DNA of 64,000 nt from Sphagnum compactum (lineage: Eukaryota). The notes under the pieces were generated by a model. That model worked only from the letters and a program-made list of their open reading frames with translations, was not told where the DNA came from and ran no database searches. Shown here piece after piece: positions 12,401 through 23,493 of the stretch (within the stretch, counting starts at the first letter, position 1; every line of letters starts with the position of its first letter). The stretch covers positions 19,024,213 through 19,088,212 of the forward strand of contig OZ234493.1 in assembly GCA_965153455.1 (NCBI GenBank), read 5' to 3'. The position numbers were made by a program, and so were the translations under genes.

Positions 12401-15400
12401 AAATAATAATATTACATGTGATATGATCACGTCGTATGGATTTCATGAATAGATTTTGAGTTACCATAACATATTGGACTTTTGAAGTGCCAAAAATTTA
12501 GTGTCATAGTCCATATCATATGATTATGGACTCATTATATTCACTAAAATGCTTAATTGAATATTTTTGTGACATAGAAAATAGTGTGATGCCATTGATA
12601 CAGAAGAAATGTTTTTTTGAAAGATTTTGAAGACCATTATTGAGATATACAATGAAATATGAACTTAAAAAATATAGTCCTTTATTCATTTGAATTAATA
12701 ATTCAACTTTTCATTTTCTTAATGTAAATTTATGATACAATTATCTACAATTGATAAAGTCTAGAAATAAAAATAAATTGTTTAGCCTTGTTATATGACG
12801 TGCAATATAATTTATTTTGCTATAGTGTAAAATGGACATTTACTTTAACACTAATATGGACTTCACATATGTTGGAAAGTACTTCACCTTAATGTGCTTT
12901 TACCCTTTTATAAAATGTTATTATGAATACATCTTTTACATATCATAAAAATTTGGAATCAATCCAAGGAATAATATTTATTATTTAAAGCATTTTAAAG
13001 GCATTATAAGCATTATTATTATTTACTTAAAACAAATTTAATATATTAATCAATTAAAAAAATAATTACCTACCTTACCCTACCTACCTACGTACCTACC
13101 TAATTAATAAACTTAATAATTAAAAAATGTTTATTGAGGTTGCTCAAAGCCAACAAAACCACAAGGATGAAAATATGTGCCAGCTTCTCTTTGAAAAACC
13201 CCAACAATTAAATTTTGAAAATTATCAAATTAATTGATGATTTGTTAAAAACATTCAAATCCTAGGTTCGATGATAGATGGTGGACAAAATGATTCAGCT
13301 TCTAAAAAAACATTATTCACATCAAGAGGTGACCTTTCACCCAATTCATTATTCAAAGAAATTTGGCATTGAGAAAAATATAAAATAAAATTAGTTTTGT
13401 TTATATTTAATTGCATGAAAAAATATATATGGACAAGGATAGCTTGATGCCCAAGAAAAGAAAGGACCTTTTCATCAGTAGAGGCATTGTCATTAGTAAA
13501 AAAAGGCTAAAAGACATAACCAAATGATTTTTGACTACATGCAACTAATTGTTGTTTACAACTAGCATTGATTACGTTTGCAACTGAAAATCACATCACA
13601 TATTTTTTGCTCACATATATAATTACGTTGCAACTATTTATAGGTCATTTTTTCAATGGGATGATTTTTCATATTATTTTTATCTTAGAAGGCCTTCATA
13701 TGGCCCATTAGTTGCAAAAGTGACCAAAACATGGTAATTAATACTTATTTATACATTAAGTTATGTATGTTATTAATTTTGTATAGGGTAAGTCATGTGT
13801 TTTATGTTATGGTAACTAACAATTATGTATAGTAAGCCTTACATATACATTATGTACTCCACATTCATAATGGTATATATATATATATTATTCTTGTGGA
13901 TTAGTTAGCCATGGTTTGAAAAAACTATTATTGTATATTAGCCTCATATTAAGGTATATGTAAAGGTGGCAATACATCAATAATCCATAGGTGTATAAAA
14001 AACAAGTACAATAATTATTGTAGAATTATTATAATTAAATTAATTACCAAAAATATAAATAATCAAATTATTTAGAACTTAAAAATATAATTAAATCCAT
14101 ATTTAATCTTTTTACACTATTCATAATGTAATTTGAGTAAATAATGTAATTATAATCAATATTGTAAAATTAATATATCTATTATTTATAATTACTTATT
14201 TATAGTGCATAATTATTCTTCCAACATAAAAAGTCGACCCTAATTACTAATTTTTTAGAATGCTAAAAATTCATTAAAAATTATAAATATGTTATTGCAC
14301 TTAGTGATAATATTGATAATATATAATTAAAATTAAAATCTACAATTCTTAAGGTAAGTTAACTCTAATGTGAATGATTAATGTATTTATTTGTAATTCA
14401 AGTAATTCAATCATAGTAAATTATTGTACATAAAACTTATTTTATTGAAAGTGAATAATTATTGTTACAACATTAATTTTTAATATTTTTACACATTAAT
14501 AAAAACTATAAACATCATAGTAAACTAATTTTAATCAACTTAACCACTCTAAAACCATTGTATTTATAGTAATTATATATTAATTTGACATTATTATCAT
14601 AAATAATTATTTAAACCATTTATACATTATAAATTCTAATTAAATTGAAATTGAAAGTTTTAAAATAATTATAATCTAATTAAAGTAATGAATGTAATTC
14701 TTGTAAATTATTTTATTTATAACTTAACATTACTTATTTACAATGTAGTTATTAGAAATAAAATATATTCACATTAGTTATTCATATTTTTATAGTATTT
14801 AAAATTAATTACTGCAATTATAATAATTTAATGAAAGTTCATGACTATCTATTAGATGTATCTTTTGAATTTCATCATTATGTGCATATTCTTATTCAAA
14901 TTTTCAATTTTAATTTGTAAATGTTTTTGTCACATTGATGATTTCACCATATGTTTATGACATTTGAATGGAATACAATATGTAAAAAATCAAATGTGAT
15001 GAAAAATGAGCCACCTTATCTTGCAACTACCCCACATGTCATCTTTGTGGATTGTGATTTAGTTACAATAATTTATCGACAACCTTTTTTGAACATACCT
15101 ATCACCCTTGGTGTATAAGAGAATACACACAACTTTGTTTTGTTATGTTGTTCCTTATTGTGATGCCACCTTTACTACAAATTGGTTTGCAACTTGGGGT
15201 TTAAAATTAAATTCCAAGGATGTTCAAGGAAGGGTGGGCATGAAAATATAAGCCAATATGGTACTATCACTCCCAATGGAAACACCCAACATATTTGATG
15301 GGGAGTTTGACACCCTCTATTCATATACATTCATGAGCAATTTACCACTCTTTTTTGGTATCCTAGTGGTTTTGTAAGACTTGGCATTTACATTTACATA

Positions 15401-16419
15401 AAGTATTTTGAGGAAATTTGTAATGCATTTGGAGGTTACCTTATATCCCATCAATTTCCCTCCTAAAAAATGGGAGGGTTCTTACACCTAAAAGTAGGCA
15501 TAATATCCCTCTCATCCCTACACCTCATGACCTATATATATTTATCATTTGCTTCATGTTTTATGGTAGGTAAAGCGCATGGGTGGGGGACAATCCCAAA
15601 TGGGGGCGTGGATTTGGCTATTACCTCATCCTAGACCCCATTATTTTGAAAATGCCCCTATCCTAGGGCTTTATTTTACACAAGAAACTTGGAATGGGGA
15701 AATTCTGAAAATAACAAACTAAATTTAAAACTCTATCCAAACTCATCACTTCAAGAACTTTTCAAATTTTAAAAACCTCACAAAAATAAAAAGTCCCCTT
15801 CCTAATCAAATTGGGATCTACCCCAAATGGAAGAAGGTTCATTTATATTTTGAAATGTCAGATTTCATCAAAAAACATGACTGAAAAATGTATTGAATTT
15901 CTTTGAAAGGTTTTTTACATTTTTTGTCATTATGTTATCTTTACAATGATGACACTTGGTGCATTTGTGTTTCATTGAATTCTCCTCAACTTTTTCTAAT
16001 AATGGTTGAAGCAATGCACCAGATTTAACAATCATCATGTGTGTCCTCTTTCCATCATATACCATTTATTAATACAATTTGAATGTGGATGCCCTTGGGA
16101 TGAAAATCGTGTCACCCATCTATTTGCTTAAGGTTTGGATCGAGTAAAGGATTTTGTTTGGAGTAAAGGATTTTGTTGTTGATTATCTTTTGAGTATAAT
16201 AAGGATAAAGCTACCACAATTTCACCTCATGGATTCCTCATGTGAAGGGTTAATTGATTTCACCTCTTAAATTGAAGATTTGAAGTGTGCATCCACAACA
16301 TTTTGTTACCTTCTTTTATATACGACATAAAACTCAATTATGTTCATTTGGTAGTCCTTGTATCCTTTACTATCTATCTCACATGAACACATTCCAGCTC
16401 TCAAAATGCATTACAACTA

Positions 16420-19400
16420 TGTTAAAAGTGACTCAAATATATACATATCAAAATTGATCATCAACATCACCCACTTCTTCATCTCACTCACAACCTACCC
16501 AGTTTGAGATGGTAGGAGTAGCCACAAATGCATGACAAACAAAACAAAACCAACTAAAAGAAAACACATTAGAACTTGCGGGATGTTATGATCTACTTAG
16601 CCATAACACCTGTGGTAGTGGAGATGGAGCAACAACAAACAAATTGCTAAGAAGAGGGAAAACAAAATTGTTCAAATGTGTTGAATCTTGCATTAACCCA
16701 CTTCTTTTGTTTAGCTAAAGCCCCTTTGATAACAAAGATGGCAGGAGTAGCAATAATACAAATGGAGGATGAAAAAAAGACATAAAAAATCAATGGAAGC
16801 TCAAGAGCCAATTGGTTTTCATTAGTTCAACCACAACCCTTTTCAGAAGTAGAGATGATAGGAGGGGGAAAAGAACCCAAAAAATATTCAAATTTTGTGA
16901 AAGCTTGTGCCAACTTTCTCTTTAGGTTAGTTGCAGCTCCTCAACAATAGAACAACAACATTAACAATGACTCCATTTCAGTTAAATTGGCATACCTAGA
17001 TAAAGTTTTAGGCAAGCTTGCATTGGATGAACTAAAGCTAATTTTGGAAAAAAGGAAACTATCAACATATACGTGTGTTTCGACTAGTCACATTGATGAT
17101 GTTCATGTTTGTTCAACTTGATGAACTACAAAACATTAATTTGGTCATATATCTCAAATGGCTACAAGAAAGAGTCATGGATGAATATGAACTTGTTAAA
17201 GGATTGCAAGAGTGTTGTATCTACACATAAATGTAAAGCCACATATTATCAATCACATCTAATAATGTGCTTGACTAAGTCCATCACTTGGATGTTACAA
17301 AATGAAAAAATCAATGACCAAGGAAGAATATAAAAGTTAAAATAAACATTTGGCACGTGGAATTGACAATAGGATTATTAAATCATGGTGCTTTGAGGAC
17401 ATATGCAATAGTAACCCTTGTTGCCAAGTCGTAAAGCAATCTGTGCTACATTAAAAAAGAGTATGAAGTAATGAAACATTAAAAACATTAGTGAATTCCT
17501 TGCAATAATTATGGTGTTCACTATGCCTCATTCTTGATAGTCTCTTGATACATAATCACATGATTCTACTTGCATTTGTCCACCTTATGTATCATGAGCA
17601 AATATAAGTACCAAGAAAATGACATGATGTGGTTGTGTACCCCATACTCCAAACATTGCAACACCTTCTACCCTTGCCCAAATTTCCCATATCCCAAAAA
17701 TCATTGCATCCCAAACAACTACATTGTAGAATCTCAATCCCAACATTTTGGCAACATATCAAACAACAAATGGGAGCTGAAACCTATAATAAGTTTGCAA
17801 CAGCAAGGAGGTAAGATCATATGGTGCATTTGAAAAGGTTGAATAGTTCATCATCTTCATGGGTAGCTTCCATTACGTAACAATATCATTTTATTTAAAC
17901 ATGCAAGGATTCTCAAGATTTGTGTTTGGTCAAAATCTTGTCCACTTCTTGCACAACAGTGGAAGCAAAGAATCAGATCTCAGGTACTAAGATAACACAA
18001 ATACACCATTGCATAGACAAGTTAACCCTTGCCACCACTCCATGGAAGCAGATGTCAAATGGAGAAATAAAAGTGTGGTAACCATGTTAAAATGATTGAA
18101 ATGCTATCTAAAGACATGCTTGATTTCTTGAAAGGCATCATAAGCATTTCAAATTCACTTTCAGTATACCAAAACTAAAATCTATTCTCCCTCCTACAAC
18201 TACTACAACTAGCTTCATAAAGTTCCATAGAATTAATAGCATTCTACTTGTAACTTGGTGATGTCAAACAAGAATAGGCAGGAACTTTTATTAAAGAACA
18301 CTCACAAGTGCTCCAATTACTAACCTTGATATACTCTCCAATGTTAACATGACTTTTTTGAATAAGGCCTTGTGCCACAACAAGAAAAGTAGGTTCCATA
18401 AATTTTTTCAAGACTCGAAGGTGAACATGTCAACCATGGAGAAGTTTGTTGTTTAGAGAATGTCTGCAGTGTACTCGTACCATAGAAAATAAAATTTGGC
18501 CCACATTCTAAAGCTAACAATGAATGATGAGAAACATGTCTGCATGCACAAATTGATAGCATGGTTAAGAAATCCAAATGTTGGGCTACACCACCAAAAA
18601 TGCATGTCGTACAAGAATGAATATCATTGTTATGACAGTTGGGTTGACAGGTGGGATTGATGACATCTTACCATGCATAAAACTTCATCTATTTGCTTTG
18701 GGGTTAGAATAATACCCTGCATACACTTGCAAATGTTCATCACCAAAAAAATCGCTATCTTCCTCATAGGGCAGTTGCATTAGTTCTAAGGGCATGCATT
18801 TAACCAACCCATCCTGAAATAGGGGCCAACCAGATAAAACACATGGTAGATTCTAAAGCTTGGTGATATAGTAGCTTACAACATTACCAATATTGAAAGA
18901 AAGCTCCAAAACTTATGAACCACAAATACCTTACTCAATCAGAAACATGATGAGCAAAGGTCACTATGTGCCCCAAGGATTGACACCTGTCTCCATCCCT
19001 TGAGGACAACTGGCTTATCTTTTGTAGATAGGATATCCTCAACAGTTGATGTGCAACAAAAGTCTCTTGCACCATTTGAATGCTAATTTTAGCACATGCA
19101 CAAAAACTCTTCACCCAAACTTAAAAAATTTCATAACCAAGTCAAGAGTGCACAAAACAACTTTGTGTAGCACCAACTTGGCCATGTGACAGAGCCCCTA
19201 TTGAACCATGCTGAACATTAAAGAAGGAGAAACAGCTGGATGTGTCACGTGTAAGGCACTTTTTCCTCGGACACTCCACAAGTACGGCAAATGTCTCTGT
19301 GACCTCAACTTCTTCTGAAGAATCAGCACTGCAATTTACTGGAACAACTTTAAGCTCAAATGACCCCTAGACCCCCTACATCCAGAACACCAACCAATGG

Positions 19401-19830
19401 AACTCCACATTCCCCAAAGGCTAATATCGGCAACTCCAGTAACTCTGAAAATCCATCCTCCAATTCTTGTGATTATACTCAAGTGGCCAACATATCCCCA
19501 CTTCCAACCTTAAAAGGAAGAGTAACCATAATGGATAAACTAAAAGTGAAGATGAAAAACCTGTATCCCCGAGCACATGCATGCATGCTAGCCATAGGTT
19601 TAGTTGCTTGTGTCATACACCAACACAACAAGAACAGTAGCGCAAGAATGGCAGGCAGGCCTGAAGAGAGGAGAAACCCCATACATCAGTGAAATGATCT
19701 CAATCGCCCATCCACCAACCATTCATTGATCATGACAGCTGATGAACAATTAAAGTCCCTGAGGCTCTAAATTGATGTCCAGCAAAAAAATTCATTTCTT
19801 CACTCAGAGTACCCGCCGGATCCATGCCTG
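16420..19830 (-). pseudogene. Heavily decayed gene, probably TMEM131-like (plant transmembrane protein 131 family)
   Basis: A signal-peptide-like segment (LPAILALLFLLCWCMTQA, ~19600-19660) is followed in collinear order by FGDEHLQVYAGYYSNP..SIPPVNPTVITMIFI..FFGGVAQHL (~18560-18750, resembling TMEM131 LHVYEPFS..LGPGEVASICFVFLPRWLG..AHL), GVFVLS*..LLPLLCKK (~17945-18010) and a DDQF*Y.I remnant of YDIWG (~16440). Multiple stops and frameshifts. The family match is by eye only. Confidence 0.45.
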
Positions 19831-21038
19831 GCCTCAAACCCCTGAAAGAGACACAATTTTGTCAACTTGCAAATGAGTTTCCTATGGTTAGAGTTCCCTG
19901 AGATGTATAGAACCTAGTGGAGCTAAAACACCCACAAATGCATCATCGTTTCAGGACCTCCTGCAACCTGTACTGAAACTATTTCATTTTGGGCAAACGA
20001 ATTATTGTCAACAGCCCCTGTTATCTGTGCTTAACCTATGCTTTTTCAAGGGAAGACATCAACACAGAGCATGAGGAACGCTCCAATTATCTATAGGAGA
20101 TTGGCAGCAGAAAAGAATGATCTGTGCAGGAATGCCAACTTTCAGAAGACGTCAGCAGAATATAGTAATATGCCAAAAATCAAACCACAACAAATTGAAA
20201 ACCTGCAACAACTATAAGGTGTCTCAATCACAAGTGCACAAAAACCCTAATTTTATTAACTAGATCTCAAATAAATAAACAGATGATATCCAGAATTTTT
20301 CCAACAGGTACAACAAGCAGGTGGTTGAAATTCAATAGGATTCTTAAAATTTGTTCACTTTTCTTTGCTGTCGATGGGCAAATTTGTCTGAAGATCTTCT
20401 TGTGGATAATCAAAAGTTTGGTTCATTAAAAAACTTTGAAAATGAAGTCATTTTGGAGGGTTTTTGATTGCCATGCAAAAATAGTAAGAATTACCAGATT
20501 TCTATATTTCATTTTCAGTATGTAACCAAAAATATAGAAAGATGATTAAAGATTTGTAGTTCATATTGTGGCTTATATCTTTGTTTATAGCTGGATTTCG
20601 CTAAAGCTTTGTAGTGATGATTGCCACTTTTTCTACATCTTCCTCCTACCAACGATCACGTTGGCTGCAAACAAAAAATCCTTAAAAAATACTGTTAACT
20701 GTGAACTGGGGCCAACTTATTTTTGTTTCGACGACTCATATAAGAAGGATCTTTTTTGCCAAAAAAAAATTGCTCAAATTTGCCAGATTTGGAGGAAAGG
20801 AATTCTGAAATTGCAAGATTTAAGGGAACAGGTTTGAGAGCATGTAACAAAAATATAGCAACATGCCTAAATTTTTCTACTTCCCCTAAATTTGGCTGAG
20901 GCCATCTCTTCTGGATGATGGATCCCCATACCAGCTACCTCACAAAATTCACAAAGGAAACCTGGCCTCGGCTGTGGCTGCTTTGGTTTCTTCCTGTTTC
21001 CATGCAGACCATGATGGCATATTAGGAGGCCCCAGTGA

Positions 21039-21375
21039 ACCAGCACCCACCAGTGCACCATCCACTGGATGCCCGTTATGACTCCGTTGTGGATGAAATT
21101 CAACTCAGTTACTACCTGGTTTCATCTTGGTAACCCATTCAATAAGACGTAGGTCTAACATATAGACAGGCAGGTAAAAAAATAGGGGACTACTTGGGAA
21201 TTAGATAGTTTATACATAGTAGCTAGGGGCTGTTTTTACTACCTACCTAGTTGGTAGGTAGTACGGAAAGCAACGGAGCTAACCACCATGGTTAGCTAGG
21301 GAACTAAAACCCAACAGAAAACTGTTTCCTGATCACATATCATCCATCCTTGATGGTGCACTGGTGGGTGCTGGT
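21039..21375. mobile_element. MITE-like element with perfect 24-bp terminal inverted repeats
   Basis: ACCAGCACCCACCAGTGCACCATC (21039-21062) pairs with GATGGTGCACTGGTGGGTGCTGGT (21352-21375). The interior is non-coding, and no clear TSD was seen. Confidence 0.75.
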
Positions 21376-23027
21376 AAACTGTGGCTGCGATTAGGGGACC
21401 GGAGACTCCCACAGTTGCCTAATCTCTCTGGTCCCCTAATCGCAGCCACGGTGAGCATTCTTAGGCCCACTTTAGACCCTAAGGACCAATTTGGACTCAT
21501 TTGAAGCAAATTAGATCCTTAAGTTCTACCATGCCTTGTGCCGTAGCTTGTATCTTGGTTCTCCAAATCACGAGCTCTTTCGTTTTTGGTCTGAACCAAT
21601 TGATTTCCCCTCCAAAAGGGTGTGCCCTGTAGGTTGCTCCTCCGTTTCACCACTTTTTGGTATTGGGACCCTCATCTAAAGGCCATGGGTCCGATCTATG
21701 GCTCTCAACCACTAAGATTGCGCTATTTCATTGGACCTTGTACCTTGGACCTGCATCTAAAACGGCCCTTATTATTAATAATGCCCACTTTAGATGGGCT
21801 CCAAGGTCCAAATTCCTAGGAACCAATTTGGACTGATTTGACACAAATTGAATCCTTGAGTTGGACCATGGCTTGCACCCTAGCTTGCATCTTGGTTCAC
21901 CAAATCATGAGCTCTCAAAGCTTTGAGCCCTAAGCTCTCAACTTTAGGTGCGTTTGTTTGATGAGAAGTTGTTCTATTTCTACCTGACAAGTCTCCTTCT
22001 CGCAATATTCTTCCCGTCTAAATTCACTGTCCTTTCTTTCCTTTTCCTTGGTTCTCTCTTTGCTTACTTGCCTGATTGATCAAATCTCAACATTTAATAA
22101 CCCAGCAAGCCATCTCTCAGAACTGTGATTCCAGATATGCGCATATGTTTTTGGCAAATGTTCGAAGCCCGGCAGCAGCTCCTCCTCGCGGGAGTTGAAC
22201 AAAGACACGCTTACTACAACAACGATGCAGAGTGCACGCTACGAATCAGCAAGCTCAGAGTTGGCGAATGGAGAGAATATGTCCACCACAGTAGTAACAA
22301 CAGATCAGCATCAGAAGTACTATAGATCAGCAGTTGTGGAGCTTTCCAGTGAGCTTCAGCTGGCGGATCCAATGCTAATAGAACAGTGCAGCTGCCTGCC
22401 ACCAGGCAGCTGCACTGTTATTTTCTATGTTGTCACTTTGTGTGTAACATACCTATAGCATGAGTTTTGTCTTGAGCCCTTGTTTGAAGTGGGCTTCTTT
22501 CGTGGAACTACTTGTATAGTAAGATCTTGTTTAAGGTGGTTCTCATTGACCCCCCATATTTGCAAGCACGATGGAGGATGATTAGGAATTCACACTTCTC
22601 TCACATATGTTTCTAGGTGGCTTCAGCTTTCTGTGATTATGTTGTAGAAGGAACTAACCCTCAGTTCACTCATGATCCAGGTTACAGCTGGGGATAGAAA
22701 TAGAAACATTCAAAGTGTGGGGTTAACACAAGTCTTGAGAGACAAGCACTAAGGTTTGAGGGAGGTAGCTTTCATGAAGAGCCATCAACAAGAGCCTGGG
22801 TTGATTTTTAGTCTGGCAGGGTTTTCCCCCTCATAATTGTACAGGCAAAGAGCCTTTGGTTTGTTTGTCATCAGTTGGGCTATTAAATTCATGTGGTGAA
22901 TGAGCCATGTGTCAGTAACTGGCAAAGTTGTTGGGTTCCAACTGTTCTGTGACCTGATGTTGTTTGGAACACCATTGAAACTGCTGTGTTGAGACCGGCT
23001 TTGGCTGTGTGTATGCACCTGTATGTG

Positions 23028-23493
23028 TTGTACCTATATTATCTGTGTTCATTTCTGTATGTAAGTGCTGCAGATAGTTGGGTGCTCTCAGATTTTCTTA
23101 ATCTCCAGAACTGCAACTGACCTGTCAAATTTCTCTTTGGTTTTGCAGTGGCAAGGCCACTTGATAAAAGCATTGCATTCTATGAATGCTGGGGATTTGG
23201 CAGATCAAGCACTCAGGCAGATAGATAGGGCACAGTGAGCTGAACAAGACTGGGCTTCCAAGGACCCCTGGCTTGTCAAGGTTAGTGATAAGTATTATAG
23301 CAAAACTTTAATGAACAATCCCAGCATTTTGAGGACCAACACTCCTCCAAGGTGGATAGCAATTCCATTGGGTAGTATGCCCAGATGTGACTGAACTGTA
23401 ATGTTCTCTGAAGGGTGATCAGAGCTTTGTGGAGGACTGTGCCAGTTGTGCTGGGCTGAACTTACTTGCTTGGTCAATGTAGGATGAGAGGTT
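23028..23493 (+). pseudogene. Inverted partial copy of the symplekin gene (intron end, 132-bp exon, next intron, start of next exon)
   Basis: Reverse-complement homologue of 36389-36845. The exon copy at 23149-23280 reads WQGHLIKALHSMNAGDLADQALRQIDRAQ*AEQDWASKDPWLVK versus the gene's WQDRLIKALQSMNAGDLADQALRQIDRAQRAERDRASKDPRLVK. The AG and GT sites are retained, and there is an in-frame TGA. Confidence 0.95.

Noticed and set aside
22382..22426. Hairpin plus T-rich tail as a bacterial rho-independent terminator or Helitron 3' end
   Set aside because: The context is eukaryotic, and no CTRR terminus follows at the expected distance.
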